NCBI GenBank assembly: GCA_040509415.1
Contig: JBEVLC010000286.1
Span: 1-63,270 of the forward strand
Reading direction: 5' to 3'
From: Baekduia sp.
GTDB taxonomy: Bacteria > Actinomycetota > Thermoleophilia > Solirubrobacterales > Solirubrobacteraceae
DNA: 63,270 nucleotides
The stretch's first letter is position 1. Each line of letters begins with the position of its first letter. The notes beneath the pieces are model-generated. The model made no database searches. It had not been told where the DNA came from and was given only the letters and a program-made list of their open reading frames with translations. The position numbers were made by a program, and so were the translations under genes. Positions 42,082 through 51,361 of the stretch are shown one piece after another.

Positions 42082-42423
42082 ATGGGCCGTCCGACCTTCC
42101 CGCTGATCGTCCACGACGACGAGCGCACCGTGTTACGGACCGCCCTCAAGGCCTTCCGTGATGACCTCGGTCACGCCGAGCACCGGGTCGCCGCCGTGCT
42201 CGACGGCTTGCTCGCCCGCATCCCCGAGGTCGAGGCCACCCCGCTCGCCCTCGACGCCGCCGACATGAAGGTCACCTGGAGCGCGCTGCACACCCTGCTG
42301 GACGGCACGACCCGCGACCAGGAGGAGGAGCGCGGCCACCTCCGCGCGCTGCTGGATCGCCTGCCCGGCGAGCACGACATCCGCGCGATCGACCTCGACA
42401 CCGAGCTGGAGCGCCGCGGCTGA
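42082..42423 (+). CDS. Hypothetical protein with an internal helical duplication
   Basis: TATCGT 6 nt before ATG; two similar ~45-aa halves. Confidence 0.65.
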   Translation: MGRPTFPLIVHDDERTVLRTALKAFRDDLGHAEHRVAAVLDGLLARIPEVEATPLALDAADMKVTWSALHTLLDGTTRDQEEERGHLRALLDRLPGEHDIRAIDLDTELERRG

Positions 42424-42454
42424 GATCCGCCGCGGAGTTCGTCACCATGTCGGG

Positions 42455-44470
42455 GTGACGAAGAAGGGGGACACGAGCGCCGCCGAGCGCATCGCCGAGC
42501 TGTCAGGCCGGGTCAAGGAGCTCAACGACGCCTACTACGGCGACGGCGATTCGCCGATCCCGGATGCCGACTACGACGCGCTCAAAGACGAGCTCGCGGC
42601 CCTCGTCGCCGAGCATCCGGAGCTCGAGCCCGCCGACAGCCCGCTAGGCAAGGTCAACGCGCCCGAGCACCTCACGGGCCCGACGATCCGCCACGCGCGA
42701 CCGATGCTCTCGCTGGCCAAGGCGAGCACCGAGGAGGCGATCCGGACCTTCTGCGCCCGCTTCGAGGGTCAGGCGTTCCGGGTCTCGGAGAAGCTCGACG
42801 GCCTGTCGCTCTCCGTCGTCTATGAGGACGGCAAGCTCGACTACGTCGCCACACGCGGGACCGGGACCGTCGGCGAGCTCGTGACCGACAAGGCTCGCTG
42901 GGTCATCCCCGAGCTGCCGAAGAAGATCCGCTTCAAGGGCCGGATCGAGGTGCGCGGCGAGGCGCTGATGCCGCGCTCCACCTGGCAGGCCTACAACGAC
43001 ACCCATCCCGACAAGCCGCTGACCAACCCGCGCAATGGCGCGGCGGGCACCCTGATGCAGAAGGACCCCGAGGCGGCGGCCACCGCTGGGCGCCTGCTGC
43101 GCTTCTTCGCCTTCGGCGCCGAACGCGGCGCAGGCGACGAGCTCGACCCGGAGGCGCTGGGGATCGAGCTGGCCCAGCAGACGATCTGCGACGACGCCGA
43201 CGCGGTCATCGCCGCCATCCATGCCATCGGTGAGCGCCGCGACAAGCTCGACTACGACATCGATGGCGCCGTGATCCGCCTCCACGAGCCGTCAGCCTTC
43301 GAGGCGGCGGGCTTCAACAGCGCCGAGCCACGCGGCGCGATCGCCTTCAAGTACCCGCCCGAGGAGAAGCTGACCAAGCTGCTGGCGGTCGAGTGGCAAG
43401 TCGGCAAGGTCGGGCGGATCGCGCCGCGCGCGAAGGTCAAGCCGGTGTTCGTCGGCGGCGTCACCGTCGAGAACATCACCTTGCACAACCCGCGCCTGAT
43501 CCGGGAGCGCGACCTGCGCATCGGCGACACGGTCGCGGTCGTCCGACGCGGGGACGTCATCCCGTTCGCGGGCCGCTCGATCCCCGAGGATCGCGACGGC
43601 AGCGAGCAGGTCATCGAGCCGCCGACGCATTGTCCGTCCTGCGATACCGAGCTGGAGGTCCGGGGCACCGGCGAGGAACGCTGGTGTCCGAACCTGCAGT
43701 GCCCGGCGCAGATCACGCGCCGGCTGATGCACTGGGCGTCGCGGCCGGCGGCCGACATGGAGGGCGTCGGCGACGTCTGGATCGAGAAGCTGGCCGAGGA
43801 GGGCGTGCTCAAGACCCGCAGCGACTTCTACACCTTGACCGCCAAGAAGTTGATGACCTACGAGCGCATGGGCGAGGTGTCGGCCAAGAACATGGTGGAC
43901 TCGATCGAGCGCTCCAAGGGGCTCGGCCTGCGCCGCGCGCTGTTCGGCTTCGCGATCCCCATGGCCTCCGACGGCACGGCCAAGCGCTTCTGCCTGGCCG
44001 GCTACGAGCGCATCGAGGAGATCGCGGAGGCCACCGTCGAGGACCTCGTCGCGATCCGCGACATCGGCGAGAAGGTCGCCGAGAGCGTCGTCGCGTTCTT
44101 CGAGCGCCCCGAGGTGATCGAGGAGATCGCGGCGCTGCGCGCCCACGGCGTCGACCTCGACGTCCACGACGAGGACCGCCCCGTCGACGTCGCCGCGGCG
44201 GCCGACTCGCCGCTGAAGGGCAAGTCGGTGGTGATCACCGGCGCCTTCACCGACCCGCGCTCGGGCGCGAAGGTCAGCCGCCCGGAGGTCACGCGCATGG
44301 TCGAGCAGGCCGCCGCGACGACCGCGTCCTCGGTCTCGGCGAGCACCGACTACCTGCTCGCCGGCGCCAACACCGGCGCGTCGAAGACCGCGAAGGCCGA
44401 CAAGCTCGGTGTGACGGTCGTCGAGCAGGACGAGCTGTGGCGCTGGCTCGCCGAGGCCGGCGTGGCCTGA
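42455..44470 (+). CDS. ligA: NAD-dependent DNA ligase
   Basis: PMLSL, EKLDG, EVRGE, NPRN, C4 zinc finger, HhH repeats, BRCT. Confidence 0.93.
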   Translation: MTKKGDTSAAERIAELSGRVKELNDAYYGDGDSPIPDADYDALKDELAALVAEHPELEPADSPLGKVNAPEHLTGPTIRHARPMLSLAKASTEEAIRTFCARFEGQAFRVSEKLDGLSLSVVYEDGKLDYVATRGTGTVGELVTDKARWVIPELPKKIRFKGRIEVRGEALMPRSTWQAYNDTHPDKPLTNPRNGAAGTLMQKDPEAAATAGRLLRFFAFGAERGAGDELDPEALGIELAQQTICDDADAVIAAIHAIGERRDKLDYDIDGAVIRLHEPSAFEAAGFNSAEPRGAIAFKYPPEEKLTKLLAVEWQVGKVGRIAPRAKVKPVFVGGVTVENITLHNPRLIRERDLRIGDTVAVVRRGDVIPFAGRSIPEDRDGSEQVIEPPTHCPSCDTELEVRGTGEERWCPNLQCPAQITRRLMHWASRPAADMEGVGDVWIEKLAEEGVLKTRSDFYTLTAKKLMTYERMGEVSAKNMVDSIERSKGLGLRRALFGFAIPMASDGTAKRFCLAGYERIEEIAEATVEDLVAIRDIGEKVAESVVAFFERPEVIEEIAALRAHGVDLDVHDEDRPVDVAAAADSPLKGKSVVITGAFTDPRSGAKVSRPEVTRMVEQAAATTASSVSASTDYLLAGANTGASKTAKADKLGVTVVEQDELWRWLAEAGVA

Positions 44471-44481
44471 GCCCGACGGGT

Positions 44482-46584
44482 CTAGGCTCGCACCGGCAAG
44501 GCGTACATCTTGCGCTCGTAGTCGGCGAGCATGCGCGTGGCCGAGAACATCGGCGCCAGCGTCCGCAGCGAGGCGCGCATGCGGCGCACCCAGGCGCCGT
44601 CGCCGGCGTAGAACTCCGGGACGATCTCGTCCTCCAGCAGGCGGTAGAGCGTGGCGGCGTCGCGGGCGTCTTGGGCTTGGTGGTCGGCGTCGACCTCACC
44701 GGGCAGCGCCCACCCGTTGGCCCCGTCGTAGGCCTCGGCCCACCAGCCGTCCAACACCGACAGCTGCAATCCGCCGTTGAGCACCGACTTCATGCCGCTG
44801 GTCCCGGATGCCTCCAGCGGCGGGCGCGGGAGGTTGGCCCAGACGTCGCAGCCGCCGACCAGCCGCGCGGCGCTGGCAAGGTCGTAGTCGGCGAGGAAGA
44901 CGACGCGGCCTTGTGTCCCCTCTGCCCCGCGCAGGTGCAGCAGCTGCTGGATGAGCTGCTTGCCGGGCTCGTCCTTGGGGTGCGCCTTGCCGGCGATGAT
45001 CAGCTGCACGGGCCGGTCGCCGCGCAGCAGGCTCAGCGCGCGCTGCGCGTCGTGGACCATCAGCCCCAGGCGCTTGTAGGTGGCGACGCGGCGGGCGAAG
45101 CCGATCGTCAGCACGTCGGGGTCGAAGGCCACCTCGCCGGCCTCGACGAACGACCGTTCCTCCCCGCGCCCGAGCCGGTCGCGCGGGATCCGCTCGCGGA
45201 CGAGGTCGACGAGCGCGGCGCGCTGCTGGCGGCGCACGGCCAGCAGCACCTCGTCGCCGATCGCCTCCACGCCCGCCCATGTCTGTGGGTCGGCGGCGCG
45301 CGTGATCCAGCCGTCGCCGAGGTGCTCGTCAAGCAACGCGCGCATCGGGCGGCCGAGCCAGGTCGGCACGTGCACGCCGTTGGTCACGTGGGTGATCGGC
45401 ACGTCGGCCGGCGAGCGGTCTGGCCAGAGCTCCTGCCACATCTCGCGGGCGACCTCGCCGTGGCGACGGCTGACCGCGTTGGTCGCGCGGGACGTCCGGA
45501 TCGCCAGCTGGGTGATCCCGAACGGCTCGTGGTGGTCCTCAGGATGGGTGCGGCCGAGCGCCAGGACGGCGTCCTCGTCGAGATGACGCCCGTTGATCAG
45601 GGGCTCCAGCAGCGCGCCGACCTCGGAGCCCGGGTAGGCGTCGTTGCCGGCGGGCACCGGCGTGTGCGTCGTGAAGACGGTGTGCGCACGGCTGCGCTCG
45701 ACGATTTCCTCGAGCGTCGCGCCCGGCTCCTCTAGCGCACCAAACGCGGCATGGCCCTCGTTGAGGTGGATCACCTCGGGCTCGACGCCGAGTGCCGCCA
45801 GCGCGCGACGGCCGCCGACGCCGAGCAAGGCATATTGGTTGAGTCGCACCTCCGGCGAGCCGACGTAGAGCTGCGACGTCGTCCAGCGGGCGAAGGCGGA
45901 GTTCTCGGGGCGCTCCGCGTCGAGCAGCAGCAGCGGGACGCGGCCGACGTCGACGCGCCAGATCTGGGCGACGATCTCCTCGTCGTGGGTTGGGACGGTG
46001 ACCGTCACGGGCGCGCCGTCCTCGCCGCGAATGAGCGCGGCCGGCAGCCGGTCAGGGTCGGTGTCGAGCCAGTACTCGCGCTGCCAGCCAGTGAGGTCGA
46101 TCCGCTGGCGGAAGTAGCCCTGGCGGTAGAGCAGGCCGATCGCGACGAACGGCAGCGCGCGGTCTGACGCCTCCTTGACGAGGTCGCCGGCCAGCGCGCC
46201 GAGGCCGCCGGAGTAGACGGGCAGCGAGGCGTGGATGGCGTACTCGGCGCAGAAGTAGGCGACAGGGCCGCCGTCGCGCGAGGGCGGTGCCGCGCGATGC
46301 TCGGCCAGGCGCCGATCCAGCGCAGCGGCACGCTGCAGCAGCGACGCGTCGGAGGCGGCCGCCTGCAGCCGGTCCGTCGTGGCCTCCTGGAGCAGCCGCA
46401 CGGGGTTGGCGCCACAGGCGATCCAGCGCTCGCGATCGACCGCGGCGAACACGTCGGGGCCTTCGGGATCCCACGACCAGGCGTAGTCGTAGGCCACGCG
46501 CGCCAGCACCTCCAGCTCGGCGGGCAGCCGGACAGCCAACCCAGCGATCGCGCGGTCGATGTCGCGGCGTCCAGCGTCGATCAT
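44482..46584 (-). CDS. glgP: Alpha-glucan phosphorylase
   Basis: YSGGLGALAGD, NEGHAA, TNGVH, FARR..YKR, EASGTSGMK. Confidence 0.95.
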   Translation of the reverse strand: MIDAGRRDIDRAIAGLAVRLPAELEVLARVAYDYAWSWDPEGPDVFAAVDRERWIACGANPVRLLQEATTDRLQAAASDASLLQRAAALDRRLAEHRAAPPSRDGGPVAYFCAEYAIHASLPVYSGGLGALAGDLVKEASDRALPFVAIGLLYRQGYFRQRIDLTGWQREYWLDTDPDRLPAALIRGEDGAPVTVTVPTHDEEIVAQIWRVDVGRVPLLLLDAERPENSAFARWTTSQLYVGSPEVRLNQYALLGVGGRRALAALGVEPEVIHLNEGHAAFGALEEPGATLEEIVERSRAHTVFTTHTPVPAGNDAYPGSEVGALLEPLINGRHLDEDAVLALGRTHPEDHHEPFGITQLAIRTSRATNAVSRRHGEVAREMWQELWPDRSPADVPITHVTNGVHVPTWLGRPMRALLDEHLGDGWITRAADPQTWAGVEAIGDEVLLAVRRQQRAALVDLVRERIPRDRLGRGEERSFVEAGEVAFDPDVLTIGFARRVATYKRLGLMVHDAQRALSLLRGDRPVQLIIAGKAHPKDEPGKQLIQQLLHLRGAEGTQGRVVFLADYDLASAARLVGGCDVWANLPRPPLEASGTSGMKSVLNGGLQLSVLDGWWAEAYDGANGWALPGEVDADHQAQDARDAATLYRLLEDEIVPEFYAGDGAWVRRMRASLRTLAPMFSATRMLADYERKMYALPVRA

Positions 46585-46629
46585 GGGTTGCGCTTTACCC
46601 CCTGTCGCCACCAAGACACGCGAAGAAGC

Positions 46630-46839
46630 CTAGGAGCTGTCCCAACTCGGATCCGGACGGCGCAACCAGGCCCGTACCTCGGCGGCAAGGACGACCGGCT
46701 CACCGACGGACGTGAAGCCCATGACGGGCAGCTCCTCGCGGGCGATGGCGGTGGCCAGCCAGGACTCCTCGACGTCGAGCCACTCGGCGACGTCGCAGGG
46801 ACGCAGGAGCGCGTCGTCTGGCGGCTCGGCGCTCGTCAC
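46630..46839 (-). CDS. Small excisionase/MerR-like HTH protein
   Basis: LLRPCDVAEWLDV...ELP...EVRAWL; start overlaps the upstream stop. Confidence 0.55.
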   Translation of the reverse strand: MTSAEPPDDALLRPCDVAEWLDVEESWLATAIAREELPVMGFTSVGEPVVLAAEVRAWLRRPDPSWDSS

Positions 46840-47027
46840 GTCCGCGGCGGCGGTTCCGGAAAGGGGACGGGAGGCTGCGGGACGGCGGCGAGCCGCTCGT
46901 GCAGGCGGTCGCGCAGCTCGTCGGGCGAGACCTCGGCGGTCGCGCGGCGACGGCGGGCGACGACGACGCCGGTGGCGGCGACGCCCGCCAGCCCGGCCAA
47001 TCCGACGAGCTTCCAGCGGTTGAGCAT
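46836..47027 (-). CDS. Small membrane-anchored protein
   Basis: RWKLVGLAGLAGVAATGVVVARRRR, then PDELRDRLHERL. Confidence 0.65.
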   Translation of the reverse strand: MLNRWKLVGLAGLAGVAATGVVVARRRRATAEVSPDELRDRLHERLAAVPQPPVPFPEPPPRT

Positions 47028-47049
47028 CCGCCTGCGTAGGTTACGGACG

Positions 47050-47661
47050 GTGACCGATGCGGTGTTGCACCTCGCTGACGCCGTCGCCACGGCGGCGACC
47101 GGCGACATCTGGCTCTTCCGTGGCCGCACGTTCGCCGACCGCGCGATCCAGACGGTCACCAACAGCCCGGTCAACCACGTCGGCATGGCGGTCGCGATCG
47201 ACGATCTCCCGCCGCTGCTCTGGCACGCCGAGCTGGGCAAGTCGCTACCGGATGTCTGGACGGGCCAGCGCCAGCGCGGCGTCCAACTGCACGTGCTCGC
47301 CGACGCGGTCGGCACCTGGGGCGCGCGCTACGGCCAGCGCGCGTGGGTCCGGCAGCTCGAAGGCACCATCGGCCGTGAGCACGAGGACCGGCTGATGGAG
47401 ACCATCGCGCGCTTCGACGGCCGTGCCTTCCCAACGACGCCGGGCCTCCTGCGCCAGTGGCTGACCGGCCGCGTGCGGCGCCGTGACACGGCGCTGGAGA
47501 CGATCTACTGCGCCGAGCTGGTCGCGACCACCTACCAGCACATGGGCCTGTTGCCCAAGCGACGTCCCGCGTCCTGGTATGACCCGGGCAAGTTCTGGAG
47601 CGGGGACCGGATCGACCTCGTCGCGCCCTTCGCGCTGCAGGGCGAGGTCGCCGTCATCTGA
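47050..47661 (+). CDS. Permuted papain-like (YiiX/NlpC-P60-like) enzyme
   Basis: GDIWLFRG, NHVGM His located before YCAELVA Cys. Confidence 0.75.
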   Translation: MTDAVLHLADAVATAATGDIWLFRGRTFADRAIQTVTNSPVNHVGMAVAIDDLPPLLWHAELGKSLPDVWTGQRQRGVQLHVLADAVGTWGARYGQRAWVRQLEGTIGREHEDRLMETIARFDGRAFPTTPGLLRQWLTGRVRRRDTALETIYCAELVATTYQHMGLLPKRRPASWYDPGKFWSGDRIDLVAPFALQGEVAVI

Positions 47662-47683
47662 GAACCGGCAGGATGCGGGGCGG

Positions 47684-49495
47684 ATGGCCGTCGCCCGCAA
47701 CCTCGTCAACCTGAAGTCCGTCGACAAGGGCTATGGCAGCCGCTCGGTGCTGCGCGACGTCACGCTGGGCGTCAGCGCGGGCGACCGCATCGGCATCGTC
47801 GGGCGCAACGGCGACGGCAAGTCGACGCTGCTGGCGCTGATCTCCGGCGCCGAGGAGGCCGACGGCGGCATGGTGACGCGCGCGGGCGACCTCGATCTCG
47901 GCATCCTCGGCCAGGGCGACGAGCTCGACGAGGCCCAGACGATCCGCCACGAGCTGGTCGGTGGCCGCGCCGACCATGAATGGGCCGCCGACGCGCGCTT
48001 CAGATCGGTGCTCGACGGCTTGCTCGGTGGCGTCGACATCACGCGCTTCCCCCAAGGACTCGACACCGTGATCGCCCCGCTGAGCGGCGGCGAGCGGCGC
48101 CGGATCGCGTTAGCCAAGACGCTGCTGGACAACCCCGAGCTGCTACTGCTCGACGAGCCGACCAACCATCTTGATGTGGAAGGCGTCGACTGGCTGGCTC
48201 ACCACCTCGCGGCCCGGCGCGGGACGCTGCTGGTCGTCACGCACGACCGCTGGTTCCTGGACGCCGTGTGCACGGCGACGTGGGAGGTCAGCGACACGAC
48301 CGTGCACCAGTACGAGGGCGGCTACGCGGCCTACGTGCTGGCGCGCGCCGAGCGCGACCGGCAGGCCGCCGCGCGCGAGGATCGCCGCCAGCAGCTGATG
48401 CGCAAGGAGCTGGCGTGGCTGCGGCGCGGGCCGCCGGCGCGGACGTCGAAGCCGAAGTTCCGGATCGAGGCGGCCAACGCGCTGATCGCCGATGAGCCCG
48501 AGGCCCGCGATGCCGCCGAGCTGCTGCGCTTCGCCGGACGGCGGCTGGGCGACAAGGTGCTCGACGCGGAGGACATCATGGTGTCCTACGGCGACCGGCC
48601 GGTCCTGCGCCGCGTGACCTGGCGGCTAGGCCCGGGCGACCGCGTCGCCCTGGTCGGCGTCAACGGCTCGGGCAAGACGTCGTTGTTGAAGGTCTTGAGC
48701 GGCGCGCTGGTGCCGACCGGCGGCGCAGTCGACCGCGGTCAGACCGTGCGGCTCGCGGTGCTCTCACAGGACACGGCCGAGATCCCGGGTCACCTGCGGG
48801 TCCTGGAGTCGCTGGAGGAGGTCCGTGGCCGTGCGACGCTGGCCGACGGCGTGGAGATCACCGCCGGGATGCTCGCCGAGCGCTTCGGGTTCCGTGGCGA
48901 CCGGGCGCGCACGTTGGTGCGCGACCTCAGCGGCGGTGAGCGCCGGCGGCTGCAGTTGATGCGGTTGCTCATGGACGAGCCCAACGTGTTGTTGTTGGAC
49001 GAGCCGACCAACGACCTGGACATCGACACGCTCACCGCGCTGGAGGATCTGCTCGACGGCTGGCCGGGGACGCTGGTCGTGGTCAGCCACGACCGCTACT
49101 TCGTCGAGCGCGTCTGCGACGACGTCTACGCCTTGATGGGCGACGGGGCGATCCGCCATCTGCCGGGCGGGATCGACCAGTACCTGGAGCTGCGCCACGC
49201 GGCCGACGCGGCGAACGCCACAGCGGCTTCGCACAGCGCCGCGGCGACGACAGCCGCCGCTCCCCCACCCTCCGGCGCCGTGCTGCGTGCGGCACGCAAG
49301 GAGATCGCCCGGCTGGAGCGCGCTCTGGACAAGCTCACCGCGCGCGAGGCCGAGCTCCACGACAAGATGGCCGCCGCGGCGACCGATCACGGTCGTCTTC
49401 GCGAGCTCGACGCCGAACTGCAGACGCTGGCCGCCGAGCGCGACGAGCTCGAGGCCGCCTGGCTGGAGGCCTCGGAGGCGCTGGAAGGCAGCTAG
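47684..49495 (+). CDS. ABC-F family ATPase (Uup-like)
   Basis: Two ABC domains (GRNGDGKS, GVNGSGKT, LSGGE, LDEPTN), no TM, C-terminal coiled coil. Confidence 0.95.
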   Translation: MAVARNLVNLKSVDKGYGSRSVLRDVTLGVSAGDRIGIVGRNGDGKSTLLALISGAEEADGGMVTRAGDLDLGILGQGDELDEAQTIRHELVGGRADHEWAADARFRSVLDGLLGGVDITRFPQGLDTVIAPLSGGERRRIALAKTLLDNPELLLLDEPTNHLDVEGVDWLAHHLAARRGTLLVVTHDRWFLDAVCTATWEVSDTTVHQYEGGYAAYVLARAERDRQAAAREDRRQQLMRKELAWLRRGPPARTSKPKFRIEAANALIADEPEARDAAELLRFAGRRLGDKVLDAEDIMVSYGDRPVLRRVTWRLGPGDRVALVGVNGSGKTSLLKVLSGALVPTGGAVDRGQTVRLAVLSQDTAEIPGHLRVLESLEEVRGRATLADGVEITAGMLAERFGFRGDRARTLVRDLSGGERRRLQLMRLLMDEPNVLLLDEPTNDLDIDTLTALEDLLDGWPGTLVVVSHDRYFVERVCDDVYALMGDGAIRHLPGGIDQYLELRHAADAANATAASHSAAATTAAAPPPSGAVLRAARKEIARLERALDKLTAREAELHDKMAAAATDHGRLRELDAELQTLAAERDELEAAWLEASEALEGS

Positions 49496-49947
49496 CGGCC
49501 GAGCGTGCGCTCGAGCTCGTGTGCCGCCCGCGGCAGGCTGCCGAGCAGCGCGCGGGTCTCGGAGATGCCGGCGCGCACCTCGGCGTCGCCGACCTCGACC
49601 GGCAGCATCGAGTCCTGCAGCTCGGCGAGCTCGGCATCGGCGCGCTGGATCGCCTCGACCGCGTGGTCGATGTGCCCACGGGCGCCGGAGGCGTGGCCGG
49701 CGGCGCCGATCGCGAACGAGCGCGGCGGGAAGCGATGGCGCTCGGCGAACTCGCCGTAGGTGCGCTTGGCGCGCGCCGAGGCAGCCTGCGCGGGCCGGAA
49801 CAGCAGCTCCTCCAGGCGGTCGGCGGTCTGGTCGTCGAGCAGCTCATAGGCCTCGCCGAGCATCGCGATCGCCATGCCGATCGCCTCGGTCGCACTGCCC
49901 AGCTCGTCCAGCAGCTGCTGCCGGCCCTCCAGGTTGGTGTACGCCAT
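49492..49947 (-). CDS. Hypothetical helical protein
   Basis: Good codon bias; TAGGCT 8 nt before ATG. Confidence 0.7.
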   Translation of the reverse strand: MAYTNLEGRQQLLDELGSATEAIGMAIAMLGEAYELLDDQTADRLEELLFRPAQAASARAKRTYGEFAERHRFPPRSFAIGAAGHASGARGHIDHAVEAIQRADAELAELQDSMLPVEVGDAEVRAGISETRALLGSLPRAAHELERTLGR

Positions 49948-49979
49948 TGCCCGCCAGCCTACGCGGTAGCGTCCCGGAC

Positions 49980-50318
49980 ATGGCCAAGCGCTCCGGCTCC
50001 GGCGACATGGTGTGGTCGAGCACCGACGGCGACCTGCGCCGTGCCCGGGATCCGAAGACGGTCGCGCGCAAGACGGAAGGACCTGTCAAGGTGCGCCGCG
50101 AGACCGCCGGACGCAAGGGCAAGACGGTCACCACCGTGTTCAACCTGCCGCTCAACGACGTCGAGATCCGCGAGCTCGCCGGCAAGCTCAAGAAGCGCTG
50201 CGGCGTCGGCGGCTCCTCCTCCAAGGACGGCATCATCGAGCTCCAGGGCGACCACCGCGACACGGTCCTCGAGGTCCTCCGCGCCGAGGGCCTGACCGCG
50301 GTCCTCGCGGGCGGCTGA
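49980..50318 (+). CDS. yciH: SUI1/YciH family translation factor
   Basis: VRRETAGRKGKTVT, LKKRCGVGG, IELQGDHR. Confidence 0.93.
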   Translation: MAKRSGSGDMVWSSTDGDLRRARDPKTVARKTEGPVKVRRETAGRKGKTVTTVFNLPLNDVEIRELAGKLKKRCGVGGSSSKDGIIELQGDHRDTVLEVLRAEGLTAVLAGG

Positions 50319-50403
50319 GCCAGGCCGGCACGTCAACGCCCGCTATGCACTTGCGCAAGTCGTGCCGGCGGCCGGCAGCGCGGATCCCGAGGCGACACGC
50401 AAC

Positions 50404-50784
50404 CTAGAACGGGATGTCGTCGTCAGCTGGCGTCAGCGCGGCAGCGGGCGGCGTCGCGGGAGGCTGAGGCCAGCCGCTATAGATCTCGTGAAGCCACTTG
50501 GACTTTGGCCTGCCGAGAGACGACGCCGCCCAAGACCGCAACCCGCTGTCGGGCAATCTGAAGACCACCACACCGGCTGAAGATAGGCCGAGAACCGGCA
50601 TGATGATGTCGCGCCAATATGCGGCCGTCTGCCCGTCCACGATCCAAACATCCGGCATCTCGTGCCACCACACTTCCGTGTGCGCCTTGACGATCGTCTG
50701 CACAGCGTCTCTCTGCAGGTTGTTCGCACCGTCGAGGATGACGAGATGCGGAGTCTTGACAGCATCGAGCTTCTCAGCGGTCAT
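50404..50784 (-). CDS. Small protein, possible Cas2/VapD-like fold, with Pro/Ala linker and DDDIPF tail
   Basis: HLVILD...WWHEMPDVWIV...KWL; atypical codon usage; ATGA overlap with the upstream gene. Confidence 0.65.
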   Translation of the reverse strand: MTAEKLDAVKTPHLVILDGANNLQRDAVQTIVKAHTEVWWHEMPDVWIVDGQTAAYWRDIIMPVLGLSSAGVVVFRLPDSGLRSWAASSLGRPKSKWLHEIYSGWPQPPATPPAAALTPADDDIPF

Positions 50785-51200
50785 CGCTGCTCCACGTCGC
50801 CGCTGTATTGATCTGGAGTGCCGACCTCGCTCGCGGTGCCGACGATCGCTCCCGCGCCCCCCACGAGTTCGACGCGCTCACCCTCGGAACTGCTTCCCAG
50901 GGTCAACCGCTGGATCGCCTCGTACTCGGGTCCCGAAACGTTCGTGAGCATGAGGCCTGCCGGATTCGTATCGGCACGGAAAAACACTCCAATCATCGTG
51001 ACCACGGCAATGACGATGATCAGCACCATCAAGGGGATGATCAGCCATGCCGAGTCACTGCCGATGAGTGCAACGCAAAGAACGACGGTGCCGGTGAACA
51101 TCACGGTCGTCATCCCGAAGAGAAAGCCGAGAATGTTGCGTGGCTGCGATCGTCGCCGAACGATGAGCTCAGCGACTTGGGGCGGGATCACCGGCGACAT
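50781..51200 (-). CDS. Two-TM membrane protein of unknown function
   Basis: Two long hydrophobic helices; lower GC; TATAAC upstream. Confidence 0.65.
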   Translation of the reverse strand: MSPVIPPQVAELIVRRRSQPRNILGFLFGMTTVMFTGTVVLCVALIGSDSAWLIIPLMVLIIVIAVVTMIGVFFRADTNPAGLMLTNVSGPEYEAIQRLTLGSSSEGERVELVGGAGAIVGTASEVGTPDQYSGDVEQR

Positions 51201-51361
51201 TGGCTCAGCGAACGTTATACCGGTAGTCGGACTGCCGATTCGTTGTGGTGCAGGCGCCAATGCCTTCCAGCAGCAAACATCATCGCTCACCGGCGGCTGA
51301 CAAGCCGGATTGGCAGGCCGCTGGGCGCGCGACGCGCCGCCGGCGGCTACCGTGCCCGGCC

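Noticed and set aside
50404-50784. CRISPR-Cas locus suggested by the possible Cas2-like fold
   Set aside because: No repeat-spacer array or other cas genes were seen in the window.
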